Notes: a model not told the origin generated them from the sequence alone. 63,668 nt of DNA, filler included, from Lenisia limosa (GCA_001655205.1; 8 parts of 8 records of this genome joined end to end with filler, not necessarily neighbours in it), one strand, 5' to 3'. Positions 37,483-50,127 are shown, counted from the whole stretch's first letter. Numbers and translations: made by a program.

Positions 37483-39283
37483 CTAAAGGTGCTCGGTGGC
37501 AGGCCGGACGTAGAAGTCTTCAACGTTATAGAAGTTACTTGCCAGTTGTGTACAGAGGTTTGTCAGAGGGTAGAACGGCGACCGAACCTGTCAGTGTCAG
37601 AAAAGCGGGGTGAACTCAACGGATGAAAGGTGTAGGAAGTGCATTGTTGCAAAAAATGGGGGAGCGAACGGGAAATGTGATGTACGAGAAAAACATCCCC
37701 CCCAAATGATGTACAAATAGGGAAGATCGAACAGATTAAATTTACCTTCAAAAAAAAAACGAAACCACAGTTGGACCTATTTCGAAATCAACTCTAACTG
37801 AATACAGAAGCCCCCACAGAGTTTTGGCATGTAGTGCCCTCCTTGTAGGAGTAGCGGCCAAACGGATGGTTCATGAATCTCTCAGGCATTGTAACTGTGA
37901 GGTGACGAGAAATATGGGTAACTCTCCAAGTCATGATTTTGGGGGTACAGGAAATGTGATAGTGGGGGGACTACTAATTGGTAAATAAAAATATGACAGC
38001 TTTTCGAATTAGGGCCTTGCCTCCAAGTATCATTGTGTCGTGTGGGATAGTATGTTACCACAAACATATAGTGTATTATGCGGTGTCATGATCATGTTAT
38101 TGGAGTATGCGGTGTCATGGTCATGTTATTGGAGTAACAGTCCTTAATCTGCAGCCTATCATAATCCTCATTGTTAAGCCCATCCTCACAGTTGAAGTTA
38201 GCGGAAGTGACAGTGAATTCATAGGAGTTAACGTAAGCGGTCCCGGTGTCGGGATCCATGAGCTTCAGTGCTGGCATCTGGAGGGGTGCGAGTAAAATAA
38301 GATGTGTGGAGAAACAAATAGTATATTATCTTTGAACTATGAGCACAAATTTGGGTGTAGTCTCACCTCAATACACTCACATATAGCTAAATAAAAATAA
38401 CTTCTGCTCACACACTCATTTCCACTCTGGTTTCTCAAATTATTAACTTCCCATCTTACTCCCGAGCAATCTGCGTGTTGGACAACCGGCTAAAACAATA
38501 AAAGGGAAAAATCAGAAAAGTAGAAAATAGTTGGAAGAGTGACTACGCCCCTCCCCCTCCATTAAAATAAAGGAATTATAAATTTAACACAAAGTACAAA
38601 TTTCAGAACTCCGCAATAAGTAGTCTACTTCGTTGATCTATTCTCACTGTCCATACCCACGTCAGAAACATCGTCGTAGTACAGAGAATGGTGGCCAAAT
38701 TCGCAGCTGCCGACACATGACTTGTGAGTCGTGTAGCCAAAGTAGAGCTGGAAAATAAAAAAAGGAATCATCTTATCTTTTATTGGTTCTAATATCTGGT
38801 TTAAGCATCCAACACCACCACGTTTGTCAGTGATCATCAGTATATCATTGTAACAATTATCGAGAAGAGATTCATACCTCTTTCCTGGTGTAGGCGTGTC
38901 TGCCGTACCCATGGGCCTCACCATTGATGCTCTCACACCCGGGGGCCTAAAGCATCAAGAAAGTTAATCAGATCATAACAAATATTCTCCTTTCTTATTT
39001 CCACATATTGAACTAGCTCAAGACACCCGCAGTCCTACCGAGAGAACAGTCGATGTTGATTCCATTGAAGCTCCTGGAGGGGGGGTATAAAAAAGCAGCA
39101 TAACAAAAAGCAAGTATTTCAAACTTACTCCCCACCTTTAGTAGTAACAACTCGGATCATGGATTGGAATGGTGATCTAAAGAGTTATTTTGGTGGCTTT
39201 ACAGTTAAAAAAGAAGTTGTGCATCAAGATATTTAGTAGACATTGATGCTCGTAATGACCAATCAGCATCATCTCGCCCAAAA
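37483..39283 (-). CDS. Unidentified multi-exon gene, 3' part; 5' end lost in the spacer
   Basis: Exons LYFGYTTHKSCVGSCEFGHHSLYYDDVSD, MPALKLMDPDTGTAYVNSYEFTVTSANFNCEDG, MPERFMNHPFGRYSYKEGTTCQNS, VRSPFYPLTNLCTQLASNFYNVEDFYVRPATEHL*. Confidence 0.55.
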
Positions 39284-39507
39284 NNNNNNNNNNNNNNNNN
39301 NNNNNNNNNNNNNNNNNNNNNNNNNNNTTAATTAATTAANNNNNNNNNNNNNNNNNNNNNNNNNNNNNNNNNNNNNNNNNNNNATACAATGATGGCTATC
39401 ATTTGCAGTTTTCTCAACAAATACCCCTCCGAGTAGGTGGACTGATAAGGAAGATGATTATGGTGATGGTGATGATATCAGGATAATGAGTGATACCGGG
39501 ATCAATT

Positions 39508-39597
39508 ATTGACTGTTGATCTTGACCCTCTAGAATTGCCTGTTTATCTTGACCCTCTAGAATTACCTGTTGATCTTGACCCTCTAGAATTACCTGT
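39508..39597. repeat. 27-bp tandem repeat, 3 copies (TTGATCTTGACCCTCTAGAATTACCTG)
   Basis: Directly visible; intronic. Confidence 0.9.
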
Positions 39598-39604
39598 TCC
39601 CCAG

Positions 39605-41733
39605 GACCCATTCTTCTTGCAAGTGATAAGCTTCGAGAACTTCGCCTGACTTACGCCCTTGATGTTGCTGAAATGATTAACGTCGAAGTATGAGACATTT
39701 TTCAACAGTCAATGTCACTTATGTTATGTCCAGGAGTGGATATGGCGGAGTGAATTTTTATTATTGATTATTTATGGATGTAACGAACGGGGCTTTTGCT
39801 GTGAGTCTAGAGGAACATCCGCAAATAATCAATTACAATAATTCACTCCGTAGTTCATACTGCTCAAAAAGCTCTAGTTTATGTTGTATCAATCAAAACA
39901 AAACAATAATTGAGATATAAAAATACAACCTAGTTGTACCAGTCATTAAACTGGGTGACTTCAGTTCAGTTCAATTTGAGTGTATAAAGATTTTTTTTTG
40001 TTTGATTCCTGCCCCCCTCCCTCCTACTCCCACTATCCCCTCAAAAATTCCCATTTGTAGATGATATAAAAGTGTACTGCATATCGATGTACTGTAGCAC
40101 TAGTATGATATGGAGTTTATATGCTATGATCTACTAAATGCTACAATAATAATACTCATACAATAGATGATATGATATCACATAATACAGGTGTTTATAA
40201 AATTGTTCCTCAAACTCTATTGCTATTGAATAATTCAGTCTTATGATCATCCTGTTGCATCAACATAAAAGTAGTTTTTATGTAGTAGGACATTAAGAAC
40301 CTCGGAATCAACGCACCCAACCTCGAGACCCTCGCACTTCATAGTGGGGAGTTGGATGATATATGGCTGATTCATTGAATGGTTTCGCAGCTATTGACAG
40401 TCTGACTCCTTTAGGCAGTAAGTCGTATGACTTTGAAGGCATTGACGCTGAAGATGAGGAGATAGAAGACTTCGAAAATCTGGAACCTTCGATGTTGGAG
40501 TCCTTGGCGAAAAACCTTACGAATGTGGGGATTCGTGTTTCATATAGTACATATGATGATATAGAACATAGCTACATATTATTTGGTATGTTGGTGTGCC
40601 ATTTTCCTTTCATGTATCGTATTATTCATTTTAGTGAAAGTTGAAATTAACTACCTCCAAATATAATCGAGTAGAATGTGAACACTTGGAACGGAAAGTC
40701 CGATAGATACTTGAACGTGTTAAACTATATGTGAATTTCTCATTTCGTCCCCCCCCCCCCCNNNNNNNNNNNNNNNNNNNNNNNNNNNNNNNNNNNNNNN
40801 NNNNNNNNNNNNNNNNNNNNNNNNNNNNNNNNNNNNNNNNNNNNNNNNNNNNNNNNNNNNNNNNNNNNNNNNNNNNNNNNNNNTCGTTGTGGGGAGTGCA
40901 GCAGAATACAGTATTTTGACTTTGTCAGGTCTTGGATGCGATTGTTGCGGATCACTCCATCCAACTCGGCCAATGCCCAGTCTTCCGTGACGTAGGTCTT
41001 ACGTCCATTTTTTGCCCCATTGTTCACCTTTTTGACGTTATATGTATTTGGGACCATCACTCTTACCCAAAAGTTCTTATTCGGTCTTGATTCGGGGCTG
41101 ACGTTTGAAGAACACGAGTTCTGGATATATGCTGACCAGTTTGAGGGAGTGTGATGAAACTGAATGGCATATGATTTGATATGACTGATTTCTTGGGTGT
41201 AATATTCATGACCTTTTTAGTCGCGGTGACATTGATAACTCCCTATTTGCTGCGATGTGTTCCAGCAGTGAAATGGAAGATCATCCCAAGATCGAAATGG
41301 AGTGTTTAAGTGATGGTGGGAAATGATTCAAAGGGGTTTTGCGTTTTTGGCATTATCCCCTTACTTTGTAACATTCTTGCCATTTGTTTTTAGATATTAC
41401 CTTTTTTTTTGATGTCAACAGAACTTTTTGCCATTATCATTTTGATCTAATTTTTCTCTCCCTTCTCCATTTTTTTCTTATTGAGGAAGAAGTCTTCGCC
41501 TTCCATTATTTTTATGTGAAATTTTGTTGTAATAGAGCATATTACCCTTTCTGTCTAACACATTTCAGCATCCTATGGGTTTGAAGATATGGAGGAGGTG
41601 GGGAGGGGCAGCATTGTTAAGAAATTGTTCGTATTGGGTGGCGTAAATGTAAATTGTTTTTCTTATCTTGATCTAGGCAACTGCATATCTCCTGAAATCA
41701 GGCCTCTCAATGCACCTTCACGGAATCGATTAG
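39605..41733 (+). CDS. Leucine-rich-repeat protein (F-box/LRR-like), 3' part
   Basis: LASDKLRELRLTY, DIKNLGINAPNLETLALH, an acidic segment, last exon ATAYLLKSGLSMHLHGID*. The F-box itself is not seen. Confidence 0.5.
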
Positions 41734-42460
41734 TCTCTTCTCTCCAGCATATCTCTAATTCTCAATTGTATTCTCTATTTCTTCATTCACTAAGCTATAT
41801 GCCTGTATCACCTCAAATATTTAACATTTGTTTAAATTATAAACTGCTGGTATGTATTTAATGTTGAACCAAGCCAGAACTAAGCAACCAGGAATCAGAT
41901 AGATTCTGAAATGAATCGCATAATGACAACTGAATTGAAATTTTCAGGAGGGAACAAGGGAACAAGGCGGAGAGGGAACGTGGTGCAATGGTGGGTCGTC
42001 ACCACCAAAACCCGATAAACACGATAAACTGATAAACTTGCTATAAACTTTGTAACTCATTTGAAACTTTGAGGGTTTGACTGTTCTTGGTTGGACCAAG
42101 GTTTGAACCAAGAACTTTGGGACTTCCCAGATCACCTCTGGATCTTTAGAAGACCCGACGGGAATTTGGGACAACTTTGGGATATAGGAGCACAATGATG
42201 ACGCGACAGTTGGGATTATTACCATTTCGTCCGAGCCTGCTAATGTCTTTTGTTGGGATTTTCGATTTTCTGTCCCCTGAAACAAGTATTTGTGAAGTTG
42301 GTGAACGGTAGTACAGACCACATCTCTTTCTGTGTCCTTTTCTTCTCCTTTCCCCTCTTTTTTTCTTTCTAGTTCCTTTCTTCCCAAGCAGCTGCAACAG
42401 TATGGGGAGAAATTTGATCATCTTTCTCTTTTACTATAAAAAAAGAGTCTCATACTTTAG

Positions 42461-43871
42461 TGGCTTCTGAGAACCCTCCTTCTGCTGTTCTTCACCTTAG
42501 AAATGTCCCTCAGGGTGAGGGAATAACGAATTCTTGGAAATCCTCGCTTTTCTTTCTTTTTCATACCTTTAGATGCCTCTATTGGCGAGCTCAGAAACCT
42601 CCTCTCTCCCTTTGGAACCATTGTTGAGAGTCTTATCATGAGAGTAGGGGTGAATCTCAAAACGTCTTCCTTTTCCTTCATGATGCATTGGGGGGTGTTG
42701 TGGTTAACACCAGTCACCCTATCTTTTCCTCTTTTCTCGAAATTGAACCAATTTGAACCAATTTGAACGTATTTCAGGCAAAAGGACAGGCCCTTGTTGA
42801 AATGAACGACGTTTCAGCTGCTACTGTAAGCGGACCTCCTTCATTTGCCTTTTGTATCTGATTCTTACAATTGGCACATATAGTATGTATAGTTCGTTCT
42901 CGTGGATCATAATGGGCCATCTTCATTAAACTCTGAAAATAGTTTCCATACTAAGCTGGTGCAACCATGAAATGTGTTCCCTGTCTGGTGATTTTTTTTT
43001 TTTTTTTAGGGAACAATACATAAGAAATCTTGGGAAACAAATAAATACAAAGGGTTTATTTTTATTACGATACTATGTCGATAGGGAAATGATAAAAATG
43101 CTGAAACCATTCTGAACTAACCTGGTAGCGTGCTGTTAGTTTCTTCAACGATGCAGGAGAACAAGCTTCTATCAAGTGAGAGGGGGGGATACTGATGACC
43201 CAGCGCGGTTGTGAGGGTGTTCCTTCAAAAACAAGCACAATGATACTGAGAAACTTTGTGCTGGAAGAAGCCTCACTTGTCATCTTCAAAACAGCTTCTT
43301 CACCGGTACTTACTTACCACTTTTATCGCAAAATTCTGTTTATATTTGAGTCACTAATCATCCAGGAATCGCAACGTCTACATGGACTACAGCAAACACA
43401 TCAAACTGACCCCCACTGTAAGTGTTTTTTTTTTTTTTTCAAATCTTGTTTTGTAGTTGATTCGGTTTTCTTTTAAAAAAATTCCAAACAATGTTGTCGA
43501 AGTTTGGATTTTTTTTTTTTGTTGTTTTNNNNNNNNNNNNNNNNNNNNNNNNNNNNNNNNNNNNNNNNNNNNNNNNNNNNNNNNNNNNNNNNNNNNNNNN
43601 NNNNNNNNNNNNNNNNNNNNNNNNNNNNNNNNNNNNNGATGGGATGCGGTGATGCAGAGGTGACTGGCCTGGGCTTTGTTTATTTTTTTTTTGTTGTTAT
43701 CAACCCTCGTGTTATCAGTCAACAGAGTTGATCTGGGCTTTTTGTTTCATAAATTTCCAATTTTACTGACCACTCTCCTAGAGACCCGAGGTTCAGACTG
43801 GATCGCAAGGCATCATAATGGCCAACATTAGCAACGCCGTATTCCCCATCACTGTCGACGTTATTGCCCAG
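42461..43871 (+). CDS. PTB/hnRNP L-family RRM protein (RRM1 and start of RRM2), truncated by a spacer
   Basis: PPSAVLHLRNVPQDASIGELRNLLSPFGTIVESLIMRAKGQALVEM..NRNVYMDYSKHIKL, then IIMANISNAVFPITVDVIAQ, typical of PTB/hnRNP L RRMs. Confidence 0.8.
43638..43781 (+). repeat. Intron-3'-end repeat, most complete copy, ending in the AG acceptor of a PTB intron
   Basis: GATGGGATGCGGTGATGCAGAGGTGACTGGCCTGGGCTTTG..TCAACCCTCGTGTTATCAGTCAACAGAGTTGATCTGGGCTTTTTGTTTCATAAATTTCCAATTTTACTGACCACTCTCCTAG. Confidence 0.9.
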
Positions 43872-44100
43872 GTATGGAGGTGGTGGGGGGATTGTCTTGA
43901 GGCGTGGGGGAGGGGAGTAAGGGACTTAGGGGATTTTTGACCCAATTTTGCTCAGTAGTTGCGTATGTCTCAGCCGGGGGGCCCTCATTTTTTTTTTTTT
44001 NNNNNNNNNNNNNNNNNNNNNNNNNNNNNNNNNNNNNNNNNNNNTTAATTAATTAANNNNNNNNNNNNNNNNNNNNNNNNNNNNNNNNNNNNNNNNNNNN

Positions 44101-44225
44101 ACACACTAGGGTTGAGAACAACAAAAAAACAAAGCTCAGGGCCAGTCGCTGCTGCAGCACCGCATCCCATCAATCCGTAAAATTGAATTTTTTTTGTAAA
44201 AAGCCCATATCAAACTGTTGACATC
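44101..44225 (-). repeat. Intron-3'-end repeat copy showing B-A sub-unit order
   Basis: Minus strand GTCAACAGTTTGATATGGGCTTTTT..AATTCAATTTTAC followed by GATGGGATGCGGTGCTGCAG..TCAACCC. Confidence 0.85.
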
Positions 44226-44379
44226 CTCACATAATATTCAGCAAAACAGCCATCTCCCCACTTTGTCTCTTTCTTTTCTTTTCTTTGTCCTTTCTTTGTT
44301 TTTAACCATCTATATCATATACTATACCCACACTATCTCACAATAGTACTACACAACCTCCATATAACCCCCCCCCAAC

Positions 44380-47300
44380 CAGCATTTGACGATGTATGTG
44401 ACAGTCTATCCCGAAGCAGGCTTGTGGACTGGAGGAAAAACCTGAGGTCAGCGTTTGAGTCTCCCTCCACCGCCCATAGAGGGACCAATGAGAGCATTCG
44501 CGAGTATTGAAGGTCTTGTTGTCTGGGGGGGAGTAAAATTGGAAACTTTATGAAATAATAAGGCCCAAAATCAGCTCTGTTTACTGACAGCACACGGGTT
44601 GACAACAACANNNNNNNNNNNNNNNNNNNNNNNNNNNNNNNNNNNNNNNNNNNNNNNNNNNNNNNNNNNNNNNNNNNNNNNNNNNNNNNNNNNNNNNNNN
44701 NNNNNNNNNNNNNNNNNNNNNNNNNNNNNNNNNNNNGGTCGAAGCCGTCACACCATCACGCTTAAAAAGATGTTGGATTATGGTAAACCCCCTCAATATG
44801 TATCATATGCTAGCTTACTAGTGTATTATATAGTACCGTATCTTTCGTTAGATACAGGTATTTATAGTAATTAGAACTTCTATTATGTCGTGAATTAAAT
44901 ATATTCTAATCGCGATTCCCCTAACAAGGATATTTCGCTTTATTGTCAATCGTTTCAGGACTATCACGGTTGGTATATCTATCTTTATATAATACTATAT
45001 GTGAATATGTAGGGCTTCCCTACGGTCCGAAAAATACCGGTCAAATATCGATATTTATCGAGGATTTATCGAGAAATTCAGTCTTTTTTGTGATCGTAGG
45101 GTATCCCTTTGCATATTACATACAGACACCTTCAAAACCTATTTCCACCCAACCTAATCCGTCGATCAGTGCGGCAGATAACACATGAGAAGATGAGAAG
45201 GGAAATCGAGATTCCTACTACAGTACCTGAAAGGAATAAGAAGAATTCCGAGGGGCAGATACAATACCAAAATAACTAGAAGGTGAGAAAGCCAGTAAGG
45301 CAATTTACAAAGTTTTTGAACCTTTGGCGTCACTTTAAACTCCCCCACTTTACCAAGTCCCTAAACTCACCAATCAGGAAGACGTTCACTTGAGCACTGT
45401 TTTCCGCATCAAAGTCTTGAAGCAGGATATCTGCCACCCTGATATGTTAAATTGTGGATTTTGAATTGATATCACTACGGCGCATCGACTTGGGATTCTT
45501 GTGAAACAGTTGGAATTCCCATATTTTACATGGGAATCCCATGTAATTTACAGAACTTTATGGGATTCCTAAAGAATACCAGTAAATCCCCAGTCGATCA
45601 CTACTGCGCATCGACTTGGGATTCCCATAAATTTCTTCAAATTTTAATATAATTCCATGGGATTCCCATGTAAAATACGGGAACTCCGACGTTTTCACAA
45701 GAGTCCCAAGTCAATGCGCCGTAGTAAAGTAGAGACGAGAGAAAAATAATGAGTAATGCCTGGTCACCACCTCCTTTTTGCGCTCTCCCACCAAACAACT
45801 GAATCAAACAACTTTAAATACAAATAATTACAAGTACCTTTAACACAAACAAACACTACGTCATAAACAACGTTAATCCTACCTTATTATCACTAAATTC
45901 CTCACCCCCCGCACTCGGTCACAGCCTCCACAATCACGGAAGGCACTGCGTCAAGGAACTGTACGTTGGTGTTGGCAGGAGTGATTTCGGATTGAGGGGT
46001 TTCGGAGAGAGTAAAGGCAACCTGGGGGGGAGTAAAATTGGAAAATGCATGAAACAAAAATAACCCAAATCAAATCTGTTGGCTGACAACACGGGGAGTA
46101 AGATGAAGGAATTTTCGATGAAGAATATTAGCGTAAAAGGTACCAATCACAAACCGAACAATCTGAAACTCCAACAAAAAAACAAAAAACAAGCAATAAC
46201 AAACACGAGCAACCAACTCTAAAACTAGACATAAGCCAGATGACAAAAACACAAACACAAAAACACGCCCGTGACAGCCTTTCAAGAGCCCCACCACCGG
46301 TATAAAACAAAAATAAAAGGTAAATTTGTACAACAAAAAGCAACATACGGGAGTTGAAAACAACAAAACATCTAAGGTAAAATGAAGGAATATTATCTTT
46401 GAGATAGTTTTCTATAATATTCCTTCATTTTATCTTAGATGTTTTGTTGTTTTCAACTCCCGTATGTTGCTTTTTGTTGTACAAATTTACCTTNNNNNNN
46501 NNNNNNNNNNNNNNNNNNNNNNNNNNNNNNNNNNNNNNNNNNNNNNNNNNNNNNNNNNNNNNNNNNNNNNNNNNNNNNNNNNNNNNNNNNNNNNNNNNNN
46601 NNNNNNNNNNNNNNNNNNNNNNNNNNNNNNNNNNNNNNNNNNNNNNNNNNNNNNNNNNNNNNNNNNNNNNNNNNNGCCAGCATACAATAAAATACAATTT
46701 TGGAATGTGATATAACACAAAGTATCATCATTACTAATATCACCAACATCATCACCATCATCATCATCGTCATCAACAATATCATCATCATCAATATCAC
46801 CATCAATAACAATAACATCACTATCATCATCATCAACGCCAACATCAACAGCAACATCATCATCATCATGATTAACAACAATAACAAAATCACTATTAAC
46901 AACAATAACAACAACATCATCATCATCAACAACAACAGCAACATCATCATCAACAACAATAACAACAACATCATCATCATCAACAACAACATCATCATCA
47001 AAAACAATAACATCATCATCGACATTCCCACCTGTTTGATCTGCTGAATAATAACGCTGTAGCCGCCATTTCCGTCAAAAGGCACCCCATTGACTGTGAG
47101 GGAGTCGCATTTGTTGTACATCAGCTCGTCATAGGACTTGAACCTAGAATAGTGACGGCTTCTTTGGCTTCTTCATCCCCTATCGTTACGGCTTCACTAC
47201 GGATAGGGCTTCACTTTGGTTACAGAAAAAGACAGAATTCTCAATAAAATCCCGAAAACTATCGATATTTCACCCGTGTTTATGGCACCGAAGTGAAGCT

Positions 47301-49977
47301 CTAACAACGGTACGAAACAGTACGTATATATCGAGGATTTATTGAGACTCATCCCTCCCCCCTCCCAAAAAAAAACAGTACAATACTTATCGATTTATTG
47401 AGACTCATCCCCCCACTTGTCAGTATAACCGCTGCCGGTGAGGCGCTGCTGCGAAAGACTGAGCTCCTCTGACTTGTCCAGTTCCTCAATCGCATATTTC
47501 ATGCGGTTGATCCAATAGCTACAGGGGAGATTAAAATTGAATTTAGTTATAGGGGGGAGGATAATATTAATTTCAGCTGGGGAAGATTAAAATTGATATC
47601 AGCTATGAGGCTTAAAATTGATTGTAGCTACGGTCAGAGATTCAGCTATACCCCCCCCCCCACTCCANNNNNNNNNNNNNNNNNNNNNNNNNNNNNNNNN
47701 NNNNNNNNNNNNNNNNNNNNNNNNNNNNNNNNNNNNNNNNNNNNNNNNNNNNNNTCTAAATCATGAAAATAAGTCTGGGTTAAACCTCATTTAAATCATT
47801 AAAATAAAACTCCTAATACAAAATAAAAAATCCAATCATATGAGCAAGCAGAATTTCTGAACAAAAATATGTGAACATGAAAACCTCGCTTAAAACATTA
47901 AACGCACTAATAAAATCAAATTTGAATCAAGAAAAACGCCCCAACACCCACACCAACCTATACTATACCACCACCCATAACACCATATCATGCCTAATAC
48001 TGTTACACTCCTAATCACTTCTAATAATACTCTACCACTCGTAACACTATATGCTTCTCCTAACCCGCAGTAAGGCAGCGTCTCTCTCGTGAACCGCATC
48101 AAATAGAACAGTATTATCAACCTGGTGGAGGGGGAGTAAAATTGGAAAATTAATAGAACAAAAAAAGCCCAAATCAACACTGTTGGCTGACAACACGAGG
48201 GNNNNNNNNNNNNNNNNNNNNNNNNNNNNNNNNNNNNNNNNNNNNNNNNNNNNNNNNNNNNNNNNNNNNNNNNNNNNNNNNNNNNNNNNNNNNNNNNNNN
48301 NNNNNNNNNNNNNNNNNNNNNNNNNNNNTCAGAAGGGGGGGGGGAGAGAGAGAAAGATGATACTATACCAAATATATTTCGAACCCCACTAACCTGAGAG
48401 TTAAGCTGGTAAAGACCCAGGCTAATCGTCATAACAACAAGGAAAGTGATGACAATAAAGGCCACTGTCAATTTGGTTCGTTGAGCTGAGAGGCTCAGTC
48501 CAACCTTAAAAGAATCAGCAAAAGGCAAATCTAAATCCCCTCTTGTCAAAAATAAAAAAATATTTTCAAATAAATTCTCTCTCTCCCTCGCTCCCCCTAC
48601 ATCTCTCATAACCACTCTTGAGCGACGGCTCTCAGCCAGATAGCACTAAATCGTCAGAACGGAGCGTCATCGGAAATTAGAATAAAAAAATGTGAGGAAA
48701 CGAGAATGAAAGTGTAAAGGAAGTTGACCATGTGAGCGAAGTCCTGCCCCCCCCNNNNNNNNNNNNNNNNNNNNNNNNNNNNNNNNNNNNNNNNNNNNNN
48801 NNNNNNNNNNNNNNNNNNNNNNNNNNNNNNNNNNNNNNNNNNNNNNNNNNNNNNNNNNNNNNNNNNNNNNNNNNNNNNNNNNNNNNNNNNNNNCCTCTAT
48901 CTGTGAATTAATTTGAAATAAGCGAAACAATTTCTCCAAATATTGCATACATAACACTCTTCTTGTTACTAACACAAATGAAAATAACTTTGACTTGTTG
49001 ATGACAACATTATTATTTTGGCGAGATTGCTGCTAATTGGTCTAGTGTATGGTAAAATGTAAAAGTATCAATTATTTCTTCATAAAAATGGATTAAACCT
49101 TTGTTTTNNNNNNNNNNNNNNNNNNNNNNNNNNNNNNNNNNNNNNNNNNNNNNNNNNNNNNNNNNNNNNNNNNNNNNNNNNNNNNNNNNNNTAAATACTG
49201 TGAGAGTCAACTTTTTTTTATCGGAAAATGTTCACATGGCTTCACAGATAGAGAAAATTCACAGATATATGGACGGTGTATATGTATTTTATCATATTGG
49301 TTAATAATGAAAGTGATGATGTTATTAATATTTATCTTTCATCATTTTAACCCTATCATCATCATAATCATAATCATCAACAACAACATCATCATCAACA
49401 ACAGTAAAGCATCAATGCACTCACATTGATGTTAGAAAGATCCTGTCTTAGTAGCATAATAAGGAACATTGCGAGGGGAAGAGCCACCAAAATGATGTAG
49501 GTGGGAACTGTAAGTGCCCATTTTCCCGCTTCCAGCTGGGGGGGGGGGGGGNNNNNNNNNNNNNNNNNNNNNNNNNNNNNNNNNNNNNNNNNNNNNNNNN
49601 NNNNNNNNNNNNNNNNNNNNNNNNNNNNNNNNNNNNNNNNNNNNNNNNNNNNNNNNNNNNNNNNNNNNNNNNNNNNNNNNNNNNNNNNNNNNNNNNNNNN
49701 NNNNNNNNNNNNNNNNNNNNNNTTCCCCAAAAAAGACCGAATATCTCGATAAATCCTCGATAAATATTGATATTTCAACGGTCTTTTTCGGACCATAGGG
49801 AAGCCCTACATACACTACACTGTATATATGATATCCTTAAAAAAACCCCACGGTATTCTTCAAGTCCTCGTCAAGGTCCTGTGTCGTGGTTTCTGTGAAG
49901 GTCGTGATGAGAACAGAGAGATAATCGAAACTTGTGCTGAAGCGCGTTGAGAGAAGATTCCGCTTTGCGAGGGTCGT
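44380..49977 (-). CDS. Multi-pass membrane protein resembling the C-terminal part of TmcB/TmcC (tiny macrocysts) family proteins
   Basis: TM segments (WALTVPTYIILVALPLAMFLIMLL; KLTVAFIVITFLVVMTISLGLYQL; FLIGTVVGISISLLIFSCVIC) alternate with DELMYNKC..GYSVIIQQI and end RRIRQQDLQYSRMLSLVP. Family call is from pattern memory only. Confidence 0.45.
44523..44610 (-). repeat. Intron-3'-end repeat ending in an AG acceptor
   Basis: ..CTGTCAGTAAACAGAGCTGATTTTGGGCC..TTTCCAATTTTACTCCCCCCCAG|exon. Confidence 0.85.
45010..45108. mobile_element. MITE family A (GGGCTTCCCTACGG subtype)
   Basis: TAGGGCTTCCCTACGGTCCGAAAAATAC..GTCTTTTTTGTGATCGTAGGGTATCCCT. Confidence 0.8.
45473..45726. mobile_element. CACTA-terminus non-autonomous element, ~255 bp
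   Basis: Left CACTACGGCGCATCGACTTGGGATTCTTGTGAAAC; right GTTTTCACAAGAGTCCCAAGTCAATGCGCCGTAGTA; extended inverted similarity and an internal second left terminus near 45600. Confidence 0.75.
46022..46095 (-). repeat. Intron-3'-end repeat ending in an AG acceptor
   Basis: ..CGTGTTGTCAGCCAACAGATTTGATTTGGG..TTTTCCAATTTTACTCCCCCCCAG|GTTGCC. Confidence 0.85.
46317..46493. repeat. ~80-bp inverted repeat with a 17-nt loop, abutting an N gap
   Basis: Arms 46317-46396 and 46414-46493 are reverse complements with one visible mismatch. Confidence 0.85.
46725..47020. repeat. Intronic CAT/CAA/AAC trinucleotide low-complexity tract
   Basis: Directly visible; lies after the donor of the ..IIQQIKQ exon. 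Confidence 0.9.
47204..47303. mobile_element. MITE family A
   Basis: TAGGGCTTCACTTTGGTT..CACCGAAGTGAAGCTCTA. Confidence 0.8.
48122..48201 (-). repeat. Intron-3'-end repeat ending in an AG acceptor
   Basis: CCCTCGTGTTGTCAGCCAACAGTGTTGATTTGGGCTTTT..TTTTCCAATTTTACTCCCCCTCCACCAG|GTTGAT. Confidence 0.85.
49727..49808. mobile_element. MITE family A (left end in a gap)
   Basis: Ends GTCTTTTTCGGACCATAGGGAAGCCCTA. Confidence 0.75.
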
Positions 49978-50127
49978 CTACAGTTATGTTAGAAGTAGAA
50001 AGCTGTGTGCACAGAGTTGTAAGGCAAATGATTGCGTGAATTAATATTATACTATAATTCATGATGGTGTGAATGGCTTCAGCCAGATACAACCTATTTT
50101 TCATTGTTCATTGTTATATGTCAGAAG

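Noticed and set aside
46453-47121. 222-aa M/L-rich and 115-aa I/N-rich ORFs
   Set aside because: Translations of a trinucleotide tract and an N gap; only the ~47030-47140 exon is credible.
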